Shown piece after piece: positions 1 through 12,581 of a stretch of DNA of 64,000 bases. The position numbers were made by a program, and so were the translations under genes. The stretch's first letter is position 1, and each line of letters starts with the position of its first letter. The DNA comes from Pseudovirgaria hyperparasitica. Its lineage: Eukaryota. The notes beneath the pieces are model-generated. The model had not been told where the DNA came from and ran no database searches. It worked only from the letters and a program-made list of their open reading frames with translations. The stretch lies in assembly GCA_010093815.1 (NCBI GenBank), contig ML996565.1; one strand, given 5' to 3'.

Positions 1-870
1 TCCCTCTCCGCAACGTCCCAGCCCGGCGAACTAGTATTGGTCACCTACATCCCGCTCCCTGCACCCGTACGCCAGAAGACACTCTTCGCGAGCACGAGAT
101 TGAGCTTACCGCGAGAACTGGGTAGCGAGCATTTCGGTGAGCATGTGTGGGTCGAACGCGCAGATGAAGTCACGGAGGAAGGATGGAGAAAGCATGAGAA
201 GCATGTACAGCTGGACCAGCCCTTGACGCAGGAAGAAAGGGACTTGGTTGGGATCAAGGAGGCCGAGGCGAAGGAGAGCGGGGGGACGGGGAGCAGACGG
301 GGCCATACGGGGGGCACTCTGGACATACGTGTGGGTGACCGGGTGGTGGATACCTTGAGGGACCTTAAGAACGGCGGGCCGAATCTAGTGCAACTGGTAA
401 GTTGCCTCTGAGTGTTCAGATGGGAATGCTGACGGTGGAATAGAAGTTTGATATCCCGACGGAGACGGTTGTGTTGGATTCGACAAAAAGTGCAACTCCG
501 GCCTCACTTTCAAATGATATCTCGTCAACGGAACCTCGATATTCGTTTTACAGGCATACGAATGATGCGATTCTCTTCATATACACCTGTCCTACAACGT
601 CAAAAATCAAGGAACGCATGATCTATGCTACCTCGGAGCGAAGTGTGCGTGGACTCGCCACCTCTGAGGCAGGAATCGAAATTGCAAAGAAGGCAAGTAC
701 CAACCTGACTCATTAGTACGGCTAGTATGAGACAGGCACTAACGATGCGATAGCTCGAGGCCTCCAATCCAGCAGACGTGACCGCCCAAAGCATTGAGGA
801 CGAATTTAAGGAAACCATCGTTGAGACGAAACAGGCATTCTCAAAGCCTAAAAGACCTGGTCGTCGCTAG
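1..870 (+). CDS. TWF1: Twinfilin (ADF-H actin monomer-binding protein), 5'-truncated by window edge; introns 397-443 and 693-753
   Basis: Motifs YIPLPAPVRQKTLFASTR, EPRYSFY, FIYTCP..SKIKERMIYA and spliced C-terminal tail AFSKPKRPGRR*; splice phases check out. Confidence 0.9.
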
Positions 871-1353
871 AACAATCAAAGAAGATTAAAGTTGGCTGTG
901 TACACTTCCAGGCCTGTGCTAAACAGCAGATAGACACCATGGTACAATCATACACACGGTCGTGTTTCAGTGCTATGTGTCTCTAATTGGATGATTTGTC
1001 ATGTCTATTATCATATACTTCGTTTGAAGCCCCCTTATCTTTCATATCATTCCTCGTGGACTTCGTTAGTGGATGTGTATGCACAGGGGTCACCTGCTCC
1101 ACACCTTTTAACCCAAAAAGCAGACACCTTAACGTTCGTACCCTACTTTTATAGTAAGTAGTTTATGAATGTTTCCAACACCGCATCATCATATTCGTGA
1201 CATCATGTAGCGGAACTGAAAATAGGAAAAAAAACTAGCATCAAAACATGTACAGACTACAAGGTAAAGGTATCACACGACCTACCGTGTCACCCTGGGG
1301 AGTAGTAGGTCAGAGAAATCTCTCTTAATAACAGAAAAGAAAAACACGAAAAC

Positions 1354-1460
1354 AAAAAGCTCATGTCCGGAGTCGAACATGCGCCTCTGCGCCCCAACAG
1401 ATATTTCACTACTTCGGTGGGGAAGTTAGGATGTTAGCCAGTCGACTATCCCACCGGGGT
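1354..1460 (-). pseudogene. Degenerate tRNA-like / Pol III type-2 element (Gly-like)
   Basis: Minus strand: A-box-like TGGGATAGTCG, D-stem GGAT/ATCC, B-box GTTCGACTCC (1378-1369), T5 terminator; acceptor and T stems do not pair canonically. Confidence 0.5.
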
Positions 1461-1749
1461 CATGAAATACTGGTGGATATGATTGATTATATTAGTCTAT
1501 CCTTTGGATAGATGTGTTAATAACGCTGACATGGCACGGTTGCGTTGTTGTGTTGGTGTTCCTATTCACTATACACTGTTCACTATATTGGTCCAAGCTC
1601 AAATTTGTACAGACAGGACATATATAGATACCGGAGATCGCACCCAAATACAGTATAAACCTCTAGCCACTCCTAACGCCGCGCTGGATCGGGCGTACCC
1701 AGACTGATGGTGTTGACTTTACATACAATGTCGACAAGAATATGTTTAC

Positions 1750-2881
1750 TCAATGCGCGTGTCCGAATTGTGTTAGCAGAGGGACGAGCATTCCGGCAAC
1801 CATCACCGCCACCTCTGTTGCTGTTTGCTTCTTGGGCGCGTGGTTCGAATGCTGCCGTGCGCCGTACGAGTCCCCGTATCCGTTTGTGTCGTGGTGGCCA
1901 TGCGGTGAGTTGGATTCCTGCATTGCGTGCATGGCGACGTATCTGTGTATCAAGTCAGCAACGTCATCTCCACACAACTAGCTCAATTGGCAGCAGTAAA
2001 GTGAATCTTACAGAAACGTTCCCCCGGAGAATATCAGCACGCATCCCGTACTAAACACCATGCTGCCCTCGTCTCCTATACTGTCGCCTCCCCCGAGCAT
2101 GTGCACCGCAATCCACGTCCCTATCGCGCCTGTGGGCGCCGCCAGCGCAAACACGGCCAAATGTGTTCGCGCGAGTCTTTTCGACACGCCTTGTTTCAGC
2201 AACACGCTCGTAAGCCCGAAACTCGCCGGCGCTTTGTGTAGCATTATTGCGATGAAGACGATAAAGGATAGAGACGTTGAAGGGGTGGTGCTAGAGGCAC
2301 CGAGCGCGATACCGTCGGCAATCGCATGAATGATCAGGCCGATTGATGTCGCGGTGCTCTTGGACGCGGGTGGCTCTGATTCAGGAGGTGTTTCGGATGT
2401 TGGTGAGTCGGCGCGGTGAAGGCCACGGGAGAGGTTTGAGAGAGAGATATGGAGCGGTTGATAGAGATCACGCGAAGGTGAGAGGGCATCTGGGAGCACA
2501 TCGATCAGATACATGAGTATGAAGCCCAGGACGAGCATGATGCCGACCCAGGCGTGGGGTTCTTTATGCGAGGTGTGCGCATCGTGCTCGAGTTCTTCGG
2601 ACTCGGCGTGGGCGTGGGACTCGGATGGCTGGGCGGAGTACAGTGTTTCGACACCTTCTGGGATGATGACGATTAGTGCGGTGCCGACGAGGACGCCTGT
2701 GCCTAGGGCTGTGATCATCCGTAGTTGTTGAGGGGAGAGGCTGAGCGCGAGTGGGAGGGAGCCGGCACCGAATGAGCTGGTGGGTTGTCAGTATCTGTAT
2801 GGGTACGGGTGATCGAGAAATCACTAACGCGATCGCCATCACGATGCTCAAGCTGAGCAGCATAAAGAGACCGTCCCACAT
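1750..2881 (-). CDS. ATX2: ZIP-family metal transporter, Atx2/ZIP9-like; introns 2777-2828 and 1943-2011
   Basis: GTALIVIIPEG, GLIIHAIADGIALGA, AIMLHKAPASFGL, FSGGTFLYVAMH after splicing; multiple hydrophobic helices. Confidence 0.85.
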
Positions 2882-3455
2882 GGCGAGGCGTGGAGTATGG
2901 AAGCTTGTAACCGGTGGTGTCGTATGGCTCTATGCGTCTGATATTAGGAGAATATCATGACCCCGTCTACCATATACAGGCTATCCAATAGTAGGTCACC
3001 TCAAGCATGAACACCACAGATCCCGACTCTGATGTGAGGTAGCGCAGTCTTCGACAATGATTCTCGGTTCGTTTGGAGGTTCCCAATTCATCGTTCACGA
3101 TATTCCTCACGCCTCACCACAGTACAGCCGCTAAGGCCTCATTGGGGTGCCAAGTCAGCACTTTTTCTGTCCGCAGGGCTGAAGTAGGAACCTGCACTTG
3201 CCCTGTGCGGCCCCACTAAAACTACTTTAGCTCCCTTGCGCGCGAACTCGACTAACACGCGCGTCGCAGTCGCGGTTTAGCATCTGCCGTTCACTTTGGT
3301 CCTATGCACCTAGCCAGGTTGTGTTTGACGCACTTCTCCTCTTGGATTTAGCAACATCTCTTTCGTAAAACCCTGACTGATTCTGCGACTGCACTGACTG
3401 GATCTAGCCATTCAAGGCTTAACATAATCTCGCCACAACTGGGCGTGCATCGCGC

Positions 3456-5172
3456 ATGATGGAGGAAATCCAGAAATGTGAGCTTACCCCGTTGTGGCTG
3501 CAATTACTACTCTAACTTCGGAGTAGATATTGTGAGCTCAAATGACGCCTTCGATTTGAACATGTACCGCCCCGGCGACCATTCTTACGTTGTACCCGAA
3601 AAATTTCCAGTATTCAAAAAGCCCTTCCACCCCCGGCACACATATCCTATATTCGGCGAGGATGAGGCAATATTGGGCTACTCGAAACTTCAGCTCGATC
3701 TGCGCTTCAGGACCACCGATATGAAGCCCAGATTCGCCATCAAATACAAAGAGAAATGGAAGCCTATCGGCGAGACTCAGCCTATGGACGTAAAAAAGAT
3801 GATGTTGGATTACTGTCCTGATTGTAGGTTTGCCCATGCTAACCTTGCTACAGACCTCTTACTAATATGAGTGATGGTAGTCGACTTCTCGGAGAATTAC
3901 CCTGAAGATATACATGGCCCAGAATGGCGACCTCCTGGAAAGCTCGTTCGCCGCTGGAAGCATGCTACGAGCACCTACGAGGTCTGGCAGACCACACTTA
4001 CTGATCCCAGGGCTCTAGAAATATTCAGGAACTTTCAAATACTCATCCCATTCTTCATTGAAGGTGGAGTGATACAAACCACTACCGAGGACGAGTGGAC
4101 CCTTCGACGGTGGAAGTTGTTCCTTGCCTATGATGTCACTCCGTTCAAAGAAAGCGATGATGAGTTGACGAATATTAGCCCTTACATCTTTGCAGGTTTT
4201 GCCACATCGTATCGACTATGGGTTATGCCGTGCTTGGAAGTTATGAAGACCATCGGCGCTCTTCCCACACAACCGGAGTCTACGAACGGCAACGCAGCTG
4301 ATTTAGAAAAGTCCTGGAAGCCACCTGCGGCAGTAATCAATAGTGACGGCACACCAAATGTGGACTCAGGTTTCGACGACCACAAGCAGCCTTCAAGGGA
4401 GCGGATCTCACAATTCGTCATTCTCCCTCCTTATCAGCATCAGTCCATCGGCTCGCATATATACCAAGCGATGGTCCGTGACTTTCTCCGAGACGAAAAC
4501 GTCTTTGAAATTACCGTTGAGGATCCCAACGAACGTTTTGACGACATGCGCGACTGGAACGACCTCGTCCGCCTCTCCTCCGACCCTGTCTGGCAATCCC
4601 TCTCCCTTCCCGAAACCATCCCCTCTGATCGCCTCAAACGTAAGGATCTGATCCCAACCAGCATTCTCGTCGACCAGACCAAAGCCGCCCACCTCCGCCG
4701 CAAGTTCAAAATCTCTTCTCGCCAATTCTCCCGCCTTACAGAAATGCACCTTCTGAATACAATCCCTGTGCGCCACCGTACCCCTTTGCGGATTGCCAAA
4801 AAGGAAAACGCCCCTGACGAGAATGACCGAAAATACTATTTCTGGCGCATGCTTGTCAAGGAGCGCATCTTCTACCGCAACTGCGATGTGCTGATGCAGC
4901 TGCCAACGCGTGAGGAGCAGCGCGAGAAGGTAACCCAAAGCTTGAATTTAGTGCAAGAAGAATACAACCGGATATTGGGCAAGCTACCGGATTGGATTGA
5001 ATATGCGAAGTTGGCCGAGGATGGAGGAGTGGATGAAGCGTACGCAAATCGAGCGGAGGTGAGGACGAACAGGGCGCTGAAGAGGGTACGGATTGTGGAT
5101 GATGAGGATGAGATGGACGAGGATCAAGCTCCGAAGAAGTCAAAGATATATGAGGATGAAGATGATGATTGA
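3456..5172 (+). CDS. HAT1: Histone acetyltransferase type B catalytic subunit; 2 introns (~3478-3527, ~3825-3880)
   Basis: TYPIFGEDEAILGY, FFIEGG, RISQFVILPPYQHQSIGS (GNAT motif A), EITVEDPNERFDDMRD. Confidence 0.93.
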
Positions 5173-6117
5173 AGCTCCAACGCGACTTGGATATGGACAG
5201 ATAGGCACAATCAGATACCCAACCTGTGTGATAGGATTGGCCAACACGTCTTACTTATACCGCCTGATCATTGGGGAACCAGGTAATATGGCATTGGATT
5301 TGGGCAGCGGTCATAGGTGTACTGCTGCAAGAATATGAGACCAGATAATAGCTGCGGGTCTCAACGATACGACTTTTGCACACAGATCGTCGCGGCAGCG
5401 GCGTAGCTAGCGGAACAACATTGCTCATACCATTAAGCGAGTACATAGCTATATGTCATTGCAGATGTACTGTGGGACTTGTTGCTCTCTGATGCATCGC
5501 AACAATTCGATCATAACTGCAGGTGACGCGCGCCATACGGTAATCTTGCGCTTGTTCTTTGATAGCGCAATCCGGTATGTCGAAGATTTTCTCGATTATC
5601 ATTTCTCTTGTTCATGTGAACTATGCCATGAGGATTACAAGCACATAAGCTCCACGCTTCTCGGCTAGAATCTGTGGTCTACGCGAATGGAGTCTCTTAT
5701 CAGTGACTTGTCAGGGTACATATTAAGTGCGGTGGCAAAGGGCTGGAGTAAGTTGGCAGTTCATGGTATGTACCAGCTTTTCCGACAAGCGACGATGGAA
5801 AATCGGAAGAGTGTTGCAGTTATACACTAAGCTGTCTACAAGTCAACGATAGTCTAGTCAAGCATGAGATAGCCTACTGTGAAAGCAAATTCCAACCCTC
5901 TCGCTTTCAAATCCACTCACAATCGCCTCATCTGCGCATCCTTGGGATCAATGAGGCGCAAAGCGGTCCGCATAACCTCGTAAACAGGTATGCTGCGATC
6001 AAAATGTGGTAAGACCTCGTCACAAACATGTGGTTTGTCTTCCTCGCCTGTTGGCTCTCTATCTGGTATTATGTTGTTCGAAACAGCGTCGGTCTAGGGT
6101 GGCGCGAAGTCCAGAGA

Positions 6118-6564
6118 TCAATACTGTTGATTTCTGAAATTTTTCTTCTGGTAGAACAGATCTGTCCTCGAACTACCCAAGTTTATAATCTTCGGGCACC
6201 CATCGCGGTCTTTCTCGAGGCGCGTACATTCGAAACAATAGAAGGCGTCGGAGATGCCCTAAGGCTTTGGTTAGTACAAATACAGGAAGGACTCTGAATA
6301 ATAATGACAGACCTCACCACCACATACGACACATTTGTTCTGATAGTTGCCAAAGGAACATTCGTCGCAGATGCGAGCGAGAGTCGTTGGCCGAACGTAG
6401 CTGTCGCACACTGGACATTTCCCGTCACATTTGTCGCAGAGACGACCAATAGATATACCGGTTTGCTTGCGGCACATAACTAGATCGCTGTATTTCAGAG
6501 GTTAGCCTCGATGTTGTATAGAGCGCGTGAGGAAGATAGGAACTTACGGATGATGACGGGACAT
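6118..6564 (-). CDS. RDS3: PHD-finger-like SF3b splicing factor PHF5A/Rds3/Ini1; 2 introns
   Basis: Spliced product [39 protein letters not shown]...[43 protein letters not shown]. Confidence 0.96.
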
Positions 6565-6850
6565 GTTGAGTGTATCTCAAGCCTAAGCTTACAAGAATTC
6601 TTGGAGTGAAACCTTTAATGAACACAGGCTCGAACTAGTCGTATTCGAAGAGGTGGAAAGGCGATCTATCGTGAGGGCTATGGGTATAAAGAAGTTTGAG
6701 TGGTGGATTGAAGTTCGGAGGTGATGCGGCGAAGATATGCCAAGGCAAAGGAACCCGGAGGTAGAGCATCGAAGCTCAGGTAATCCATCTCATAGATCGA
6801 CGAGTCTACAACGCCATCACTCTAGCCAATCATCAGTCCCTCGATTCGAA

Positions 6851-7941
6851 ATGGATGCCCAACCGTCTGTATCATCGCCACTCACAGCTTGCGCCCGTGC
6901 TAATTCAAGACAGAATGATAGCGTCTGCCGTGGTGGTCCCAGAGGAGCAGCCGGCCCTTTCGCCTGCCGCGCGATCAGCCTCACCCCCTAAGAGCAAAAA
7001 ACGAGGACTTTCCTTCGAATCTGACGAAGGTTCTAAACGACCTCGTATCAGCAAAGAATCAAATGAACACAATTTCAAGACAAATGGCTCATTAGATGAC
7101 GCGTCTGAACAAGGGCGGCGATCAGGTGCCCGCCGCGACGGAGCAGCAGAAGAGAGGAAGCGAGGACAAAGACTATTTGGCGCATTGCTAGGTACACTCT
7201 CACAAAGCTCGACATCCGCGACTCAAAAGCGTCGAGAAATTGAGAGAAGACAGCAGGCCAAAATCCGACAACAGGCAGAAGAAGACGATCAAAACATTCG
7301 GCAGAAATCTGATGAGCTTAGGCGCACGCGCGTTAAAGAACAGAGAAGCTATGATACTGAATCTGTACGTTTCCTTGTATGTATGGCGGTCGAAGTGGAA
7401 CTGACGGCCTCAGATGCATCTTCGCCACACTAACACTGTCACAATGGCTAATTTTCTACGGACAAAGGCTGAGCCAAGGCTGGTGAGCTTGATTATCATG
7501 CCATTCACTTGAAGCTCTACTAACCACCTAAAGTTCTTTCGTCCGTGGGATCTCATGCCAGAAGAAGAAGACCAGATCAAGCGCCAAGTAGAGGATGCCG
7601 AAGCTGATAGAGACCGTGAGCGTGAAGAACATCGCCGCCGGGAGCAAGAGTGGGAGGAAGAGCAGGATGTCACACTCAATGATGCGCCGGGCGAGTCTCA
7701 GCCCATAGAGAGTACACAACGACCAGGTAACTCCGACCAACTCGATCCGGTTGGGCGGGAGGAACCCTCAAACGCTCCAGATGACATGGCCACCATTGAT
7801 ACTCACCATACGGAACAAACCCACGACGCGGACAAGAATGTCGAAGACACACCAATTGTTCCGGTTGCGGAGGATGACCATGCTGGGGATGACAACGGTG
7901 AAGAGGTCCTTGAAACAGGAGAGGACACTGTACTATACTGA
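6851..7941 (+). CDS. Pinin/SDK/MemA-domain nuclear protein; ~3 introns, exact start uncertain
   Basis: EERKRGQRLFGALLGTL signature, coiled coil, spliced ANFLRTKAEPRL/FFRPWDL, acidic tail ending EDTVLY. Confidence 0.8.
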
Positions 7942-9248
7942 TAACGAACTCTGATTAGACGTGGAAATGCTTTTGCCACCAGGCCAGGGGACGTGTAGAA
8001 AAACGAACCAAGGGACCGTCATTCCCTGTACGACTCAATCACAACACGCATTAGTGATACATCGCGCAGAGCTACAAATTCTCGCATATGTAATAGGATC
8101 AAATAAAAGCTTGCACAGGCAGACTATGTCAGCTCAGTTTGTGGCAGGCATCTCTGATTCGTATCTTTATGTCCTGCTATGCGCGTCGCCACGACCTGAC
8201 CTTCAACAGAAAAATGCGCATTTCATCGAAGACAGCAGATGCAGCAAGGAGGACACAAATAATCTCGCCTTATCACAAATCCTCGGGTATATGCACGCTC
8301 ACGCTCTTCCTGTCCCAGGATTAGTCCCGAATTCTGCCAGGGTTTACGAGTTACCTGCTACGACACCAGTTACACTGCTAGTAAACCAAGAGCAACCTCT
8401 GTATGTTTGCGAACCTGCCAACCTAATCTGATTGGGCAAAGAGTCCGAATAAGTAGCATACTACCCAACAGGTCCGGGAACTGTATGGCTTATTCCACAA
8501 GTCTCCGCTCAAATAGCTTGGTGCAGTTGGCCCCTACCTTGCAAGATGATACCAAAAGAAAATCTCTACAGAACACTTACCCCAAGCAAACGATCCTGAT
8601 AGCCATAGTCATAATGGAATGTTAAAGCTATTGTTTTGCAACATCACGAGGGAGCTTATGTCTCAGTCCCAGACACTATCGCGTATCTGAGGTTCTCATG
8701 GACTTGATTCGCATGCCAATCATCTAATGTAATTTAAACCGCCTCAAAGTAGATGCGCCATGACAAGGAGAGCTTCTAGACCATTTTTTTATCTTGGCTC
8801 AGTGAGCCAGTTGAAATAGTGCACGTATGACGTCGCACTCAAATACCAGGGAGCCGCGACCGTGTTGAATTTTACATCAAGTGTTGCAGGTGAGACATCC
8901 AAAGTCGACTCGCATGTCAAGATCCATAACAAGCATACGTAAGAAGGCTGAGCTTGTGCTGCAGCTCGCCATGCTCCTCGCGTTTGCTCCAGTTTTAAGT
9001 CGTATACTAGCCGATATCAAGCCTCGGCTGCGATATCCGAGGACGAACGACTCCTCACCGTGAGCATTGCAAACGCCAGACAAGAAGAGAGATCCACCCA
9101 GGTCGTGCTAGGTGAAGTCGATCCGCAACGAGTTGAAGGTGAGAGCTCTAACAGAGGTACCAGTTGCATCTTGACTGTTCGTCTTGCCGGCATAGGCCGC
9201 TCGTCAGATGATTCGAGCCAGTCTTATAGTCACCCAACAAGCTACAAC

Positions 9249-10702
9249 ATGCCTGCACGCACAAGCATCAAGCCTATCAAGCCGTACTCTGATCCGCGAG
9301 TCCAGCACAAGACTGCTGTGCTCAACGGTCAAACTTACCATTACCTGTTCGGGAGACCCTATAATGGGCCTGTGAGAGGGACTATTTTCCTAGTAAGCAT
9401 CCTGTTGTGCCCTTGTTGCACCGTATCAAATGAGACCCGAGCTGCTTGTAAACAACGGTGCTGGGTGGAGGCTGCGGACGCTGACTGCGTTTGGCCCAGG
9501 TACATGGGTGGCCGGACTTGGCCATAGGATGGCGGTACCAAATCCCGTTCCTGTTGGAAATGGGATTTGTGGTTGTTGCTGCTGATATGATGGGATATGG
9601 GGGCACAGTGAGTTTTAACAAAGTGGGCACGCGCGAAGATCATGCTCATAGAAGCAGGATGCTCCTAAGGTTCCGCCGAATGATATCCGTCTCTATTCCT
9701 TGAAAAGAGCATCCGATGATCTTGCTGAGCTAGCAAAACAGCTCGGTGTGAAGAAATTAGTCCTCGGTGGCCATGATTGGTGGGTGCCCCATAGTGATGA
9801 ATATTGCAACATATACACGCTGACCTTTTCAGGGGTGGTATGGTCGTCTGGCGAATGGTTCATTTGTAAGTCATAGTTTCACCTATACCAGCGAGCTTCC
9901 TATCCTGATTGGCAAAGCCATCCAGAACTTGTGACGCACGTCTTTGCGATCTGTACTCCCTACGCAGCGCCGCAAAAAGAATATGCGTCTATTGAGAGCT
10001 TGGTTGACGGAGTCTTGCCGCAATTTGCTTATCAGATTCATCTGAGGAGTCCGGAAGTAGAAGGGAAGATCAACACTCGCGAGCAAATCAGACACTTCAT
10101 TGACGGTCTTTATGGCGCCTCGGGACCAAACGCCGAGCTTGCTTTCGATCCATACAAAGGCGTACTTTTCGAGAACCTGCCGAAGTTACAAAGGGGACCT
10201 CTGCTCAGCGATCAGGTGAGGAACGAGAACCGACTATGGCAGGAGTCTCTATTTACTCACTGTTGTATCTAATACAGGAGCTTGATTACTATACTGAGCA
10301 GTATAGTCGTACCGGTCTCCATGGTCCAGGTAAGTGAAGATAGTGAGGCTGCAATAAGCTTTTTCATTAAAGTTTCTAAGTGAGTTGGTACCGTGCGAGA
10401 GAGGTCAATTGGGAGGAGGAGCAAATGTAAGTCTCCCTAAACGACCCTTCGCTAGTCACTAACAAAACTTTAGTCTGCTGAAGAAGCCAACGGTCGAGGT
10501 GCCTACGCTATTTGTGCAGGCCAATCGAGACTCGGTTCTGTTTCCAGAGATGTCGAGGTACATGGAGAAGTATTTGAAAGACTTAACTAGAGGAGAGGTG
10601 GATGCTGGACATTGGGTGCTGATAGAGAAGCCTGACGCGGTCAACGCGCTCATCAAAGAGTGGCTTGAGAAAGTATTCCTAGGAGGTAGAAGCACCCTGT
10701 AG
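9249..10702 (+). CDS. Soluble epoxide hydrolase-like alpha/beta hydrolase, ~7 introns
   Basis: HGWPDLAIGWRYQIP oxyanion motif, DMMGYGGT, GGHDWGG nucleophile motif across an intron, AGHWVLIEKP catalytic His. Confidence 0.88.
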
Positions 10703-12581
10703 GTTTCGAACGAGGGGCTCCAATAAGGCCAAGCTCTGCACGAAACATCGAGCCATTGATCTGAGCAGAGGAGCTCATCAGTGCGGGAGAGAGCCAATAG
10801 CTTTGTGAAGTAAAAATTGTAAACTGGTAGTGGAGTTCGAGGCATACAAATAGACGTCATGGCCTGTAAACCAAGCATGCTGCTCCTGTAGACTAATCCT
10901 TCCGATGCATGAATGCTACTGATCTGGAGAACCGTGCGCACCAGCCAATGGCCTCCGGGCAGCACTGCCAGCACATTGATTGATGTTATGGTCACGCCTT
11001 TGTGCGTCTCAGGTAGACGTGTATGTGTCTGAGCCGCTAGGACGACCAACTGGCAAAAACACACTGCGATGCATAAGTATCTTATGCGCAGGTGGACGTG
11101 ACCAAATAGTGAAATGAGAGCTCCTGATCAAACTCCAAGACGTGGATCAGCTTCTGTATACTTTGCATGTTCATTGGATGACGCAGAGAATCCCTAAATT
11201 GCAACACGCTCATATTGACATATTCGGATGTCGAACCATTAGCGGAAGATAGTAAATGCTATCTAGCAGCTCTTATATGACATACTAAAAGGTTACTCCC
11301 CTTCCTCAGTCTTGCGTAATGCTGTATACAGCGCACTCCATAAACGAAGGAGTTCTAATGCTTAGTCCACAGTCTGTATTCCCTAATTTGCGTAATTGAG
11401 CCCATACTTCTTGCTGTAGTAGATAGTCGTTGAGCATCTTTGCACGAATATTCCGTGGCTATTCGGGGTAACATGGCACTAGGTACCCTGGTATATGAGT
11501 CGTACTTGCATCAAGGTTACTCTGCCTGTGTCACACCTGTGACACACAAAGATATGTAGTAAGGAGGTTCCATGATTAGCGAGATGCGTTGTCTTGGTTT
11601 TTGTAGCGCTTCCGTTCCTAGACGCCCACGAGCAAGAACCCGAACCTGCATACATAAGCCATTGCGTACCAGGTCTACTTCTCGTGCTTGCACTGTGCTC
11701 AGAAACCCAGCCATGTGTCAATCATGCTGCTTAAACTCGAATCAGGGCCTCGAATCTAGCTCAAAAGATTAGTGAATCTGCAGATGAAATGCAGCAGTCG
11801 ACGTGTTCTTGATGGCTTCTCAGTGGTTCATTATCGAAGTCTTGATAAGGCCGATTCGACACCTTACAGGTTGAAGGCCACTTCGAGCCTGGTATAGCGC
11901 GCCCCGTCTGCATGTCTGAAGAGCCAACATATAATCGGGCAGTCCTCCTGCCAGCCGTATATAGGGTCAGAAATACAGCTCTGTAGCACGCTGCGCTATC
12001 GCCGTTTATCTCAATTCTGCTCTCGTTGGGCATCAGATCGATACAGGTTGCACAATTGACTAGGCACAGATTGATATGTTGAACAGCCTGTGCATCTGAC
12101 CAATTGCCAAGTTGCATCATCCCGTAGACCAGCTTTTGCTTTATCGCCCTGTATGTCCGCTGGCGGTATCATGGCCCAGATAGTACTGCAGACGCTGATC
12201 CGCCCTCTAGTCACTTTCTTTTGTGGCTATCACTATCTTTTTTTACTTTGGTCGGAGTTTGACTCGAATCATTGGACCTTCACCTTGACATGTAGCCAGA
12301 TGTATATCGGTCCGACAGGATGAACCACGAATTTGCAGCTCGAGCTCCGACGTGTGCATCAGGGACGCATGTCCTGGGACCATGACGTGACATGGATGCT
12401 GTGCAAATACTTCTCCGTCGGCCTGTACAGGACAACGTTCTTGCCTATGTCGCCTTTGGTGATCATGGAATCTTGAAATCTATATGAGGTCCGCCACATG
12501 CCCGAGGAAGTTGGAGGAGCAGCGTTTGTCTTTACCGTGCTTCACTTTCCACAGCCGCATTGTTTGAATGATCCAACGACT

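Noticed and set aside
7961..8625. Short ORFs downstream of the pinin gene
   Set aside because: No motifs or coding-like bias; probably 3' UTR/intergenic
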